From Perna viridis (lineage: Eukaryota): DNA of 64,000 bases. Made by a program: the position numbers and the translations under genes. Below, one piece after another: positions 61,204-64,000 of this stretch. Location: contig CM074512.1 in NCBI GenBank assembly GCA_037379345.1, positions 48,815,597 to 48,879,596 of the forward strand, read 5' to 3'. Every line of letters starts with the position of its first letter. Position 1 is the stretch's first letter. The notes beneath the pieces are model-generated. The model was not told the origin of the DNA and did no database searches. It was given only the letters and a program-made list of their open reading frames with translations.

Positions 61204-61359
61204 TTTTTTCTTTCCCATACTAAAAAAACTAAAAAAAAAAATAAAAAAAATTCAATTAATACGAATCGTATCTCATCTGAGGAACCTGCAAGACGTCTCA
61301 TATTTCAGAACATTTTCCTTCCCAAAATTTTCGCGCCGAGCTTAGCTCGGCGTTTCACA

Positions 61360-61406
<47 letters not shown>

Positions 61407-61761
61407 ATCAAGCACTCAAGCACAAATATATATCAATATCAATATCAACATCCATCTCAAACATTTTCAATACACTTCCATACCATGTCAATACTCAAAC
61501 ATACAACCTACCTACCTACCTACAAACTATCTACATCTAACACTCTTTTTCCATTTATTCCACTCTCACCTCAGTCTCATCTATTCACTTACTAGTAAGC
61601 TTTTCTTTTCACACATAATCCACGCATCATCAACACAAACTTATACCACGCATGCATTTTCATTCAAATGTAGCCTGTCTAATTCATTATAAGAACACAA
61701 GTTGGCAGATTGATCATTGTATGCATTGTAGGGACTGGTCCTTATTTCTTTACATTATAGA

Positions 61762-61925
61762 CGGGGGATAGCGCGAACGCAGTCCCCCACACTAAAAAAT
61801 TGCGTACCCGAGTTGCCCACATTTGGGGCAATCGCAGGCTTCAGCCTAACCGGAGTGCAATGGAAAGGCCTCGACCTGGGGGAACCGCCTTTGTGATCAC
61901 GGTATCCCCTGTACCAGGTAAGTAT
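61762..61925 (-). ncRNA. U1: U1 snRNA
   Basis: Array copy. Confidence 0.97.
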
Positions 61926-62597
61926 GCTGTAGCACTGTATCGCAGGGCGACTATTTTCAACGCATTTGTAGTTTTCTGGCGGTGCAATCAATACTTTATT
62001 ATTGCAGAAAAATTCGTAGTTCATACGCAATGATGAATTGTTGTTGACAAGCACGCGGCAAGTATTTTTTGGCATCTTATTGATTTACAGAAATGTGAAA
62101 AATGCACAATTCAGTTCGATACTGAACAAATATGAAAACCGAAGAAAGTCTAATGTTTAGTAACTCACTTTGTATACGTATGCCCAACCTTTTCCCCGTT
62201 GTGCTATAAGTGAAATAGCCGGGAAAATTCAGTCAGGATTGGCCCAGTAATTTATACTAAAACTGAGCTTTTTATCACATGAAGTTGGTTTTAATTACCA
62301 GTGCATTCATTCTAAAATAGATTTCAATTACTATCAATTTCAAATCCAGTCATACATACATACACTAACATGCAGTCGCGCTCGCCAAGAAGTGCCGAAA
62401 AGTGTGAACAGTGTTGAACATATGGTAATACTGACACGTGTACATGCAGTTCTCAATTGTCATACATGGGTATAAAAAGACAAAATCTGATTTACGGACA
62501 CATATCGTAGGAAAAATAAACAAATTAAGCGTATTATTTACAGAAAAAGAAAAGCAATTTTAAAATATAAGTAACAAAAATAACCACATGTTAATCG

Positions 62598-62895
62598 GTT
62601 GGGAGTTGTGGCGTGCTCCTGTGATCCAGCTACTTGGAGACCAGAGTTGGCGGACGGTGTGAGGGCAGGAGTCCTGGTGGCAGGTGATCTATGTTGAGCG
62701 GGCGTCCGCACTAAGATCGGCATCAATATGGGCACACCGAGGGAGCTCAGTGTGACCAGGTTGTCTAAGGAGGGACGTACAGGCCCAGGGCGGAAACGCA
62801 GCAGGCAAAAGTCCCCGTGTCGATCAGTAGTGGGATCGCGCCTGTGAATAGACGCTTGTCAACAGCCTGTCCAATATAACTGGACTCGACTCTTT
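62598..62895 (+). ncRNA. 7SL: 7SL (SRP) RNA
   Basis: Array copy. Confidence 0.95.
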
Positions 62896-63054
62896 TTTTT
62901 TCTTTCCCATACTAAAAAAACTAAAAAAAAAAATAAAAAAAATTCAATTAATACGAATCGTATCTCATCTGAGGAACCTGCAAGACGTCTCATATTTCAG
63001 AACACATTTTCCTTCCCAAAATTTTCGCGCCGAGCATAGCTCGGCGTTTCACAC

Positions 63055-63086
<32 letters not shown>

Positions 63087-63441
63087 ATCAAGCACTCAAG
63101 CACAAATATATATCAATATCAATATCAACATCCATCTCAAACATTTTCAATACACTTCCATACCATGTCAATACTCAAACATACAACCTACCTACCTACC
63201 TACAAACTATCTACATCTAACACTCTTTTTCCATTTATTCCACTCTCACCTCAGTCTCATCTATTCACTTACTAGTAAGCTTTTCTTTTCACACATAATC
63301 CACGCATCATCAACACAAACTTATACCACGCATGCATTTTCATTCAAATGTAGCCTGTCTAATTCATTATAAGAACACAAGTTGGCAGATTGATCATTGT
63401 ATGCATTGTAGGGACTGGTCCTTATTTCTTTACATTATAGA

Positions 63442-63605
63442 CGGGGGATAGCGCGAACGCAGTCCCCCACACTAAAAAATTGCGTACCCGAGTTGCCCAC
63501 ATTTGGGGCAATCGCAGGCTTCAGCCTAACCGGAGTGCAATGGAAAGGCCTCGACCTGGGGGAACCGCCTTTGTGATCACGGTATCCCCTGTACCAGGTA
63601 AGTAT
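63442..63605 (-). ncRNA. U1: U1 snRNA
   Basis: Array copy. Confidence 0.97.
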
Positions 63606-64000
63606 GCTGTAGCACTGTATCGCAGGGCGACTATTTTCAACGCATTTGTAGTTTTCTGGCGGTGCAATCAATACTTTATTATTGCAGAAAAATTCGTAGT
63701 TCATACGCAATGATGAATTGTTGTTGACAAGCACGCGGCAAGTATTTTTTGGCATCTTATTGATTTACAGAAATGTGAAAAATGCACAATTCAGTTCGAT
63801 ACTGAACAAATATGAAAACCGAAGAAAGTCTAATGTTTAGTAACTCACTTTGTATACGTATGCCCAACCTTTTCCCCGTTGTGCTATAAGTGAAATAGCC
63901 GGGAAAATTCAGTCAGGATTGGCCCAGTAATTTATACTAAAACTGAGCTTTTTATCACATGAAGTTGGTTTTAATTACCAGTGCATTCATTCTAAAATAG

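Larger units (their letters stand above)
11377..64000. repeat. Tandem array of U1 snRNA / 7SL RNA units (~1680-1720 bp), continuing beyond the window
   Basis: Near-identical units; length differences come almost entirely from a (CA)n tract. Confidence 0.98.

Noticed and set aside
11377-64000. CRISPR-like repeat/spacer array
   Set aside because: Units are ~1.7 kb eukaryotic RNA-gene repeats with identical spacers and no cas genes

Overview
AT-rich animal genomic DNA, probably from a bivalve mollusc (inferred from the C1q-domain gene type and repeat content). 1-11.4 kb: a degenerate hAT (ZNF862-like) transposase, a frameshifted paralogous C1qDC first exon, a three-exon secreted C1q-domain gene (minus strand), and a SINE-like retroposon with a 13-bp TSD in its intron. 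From ~11377 to the window end: a homogenised tandem array of ~1.68-1.72 kb units, each with a U1 snRNA gene (minus) head-to-head with a 7SL/SRP RNA gene (plus). There are 21 U1 loci and 20 7SL genes. Four U1 loci carry Tx1/L1-type non-LTR retrotransposons inserted in the same orientation, just behind U1 stem-loop I: three full-length copies (two 'type A', one 'type B') and one 3'-truncated, polyadenylated copy. The elements have almost no 5'UTR and appear to be expressed from the U1 promoter. Their junction geometry suggests the U1 leader on the RNA templates the 5' junction. They also carry an unexpected third, hydrophobic ORF between ORF1 and ORF2, ORF2 has no AUG start, and types A and B share a near-identical ORF2/3'UTR behind highly divergent 5' modules.
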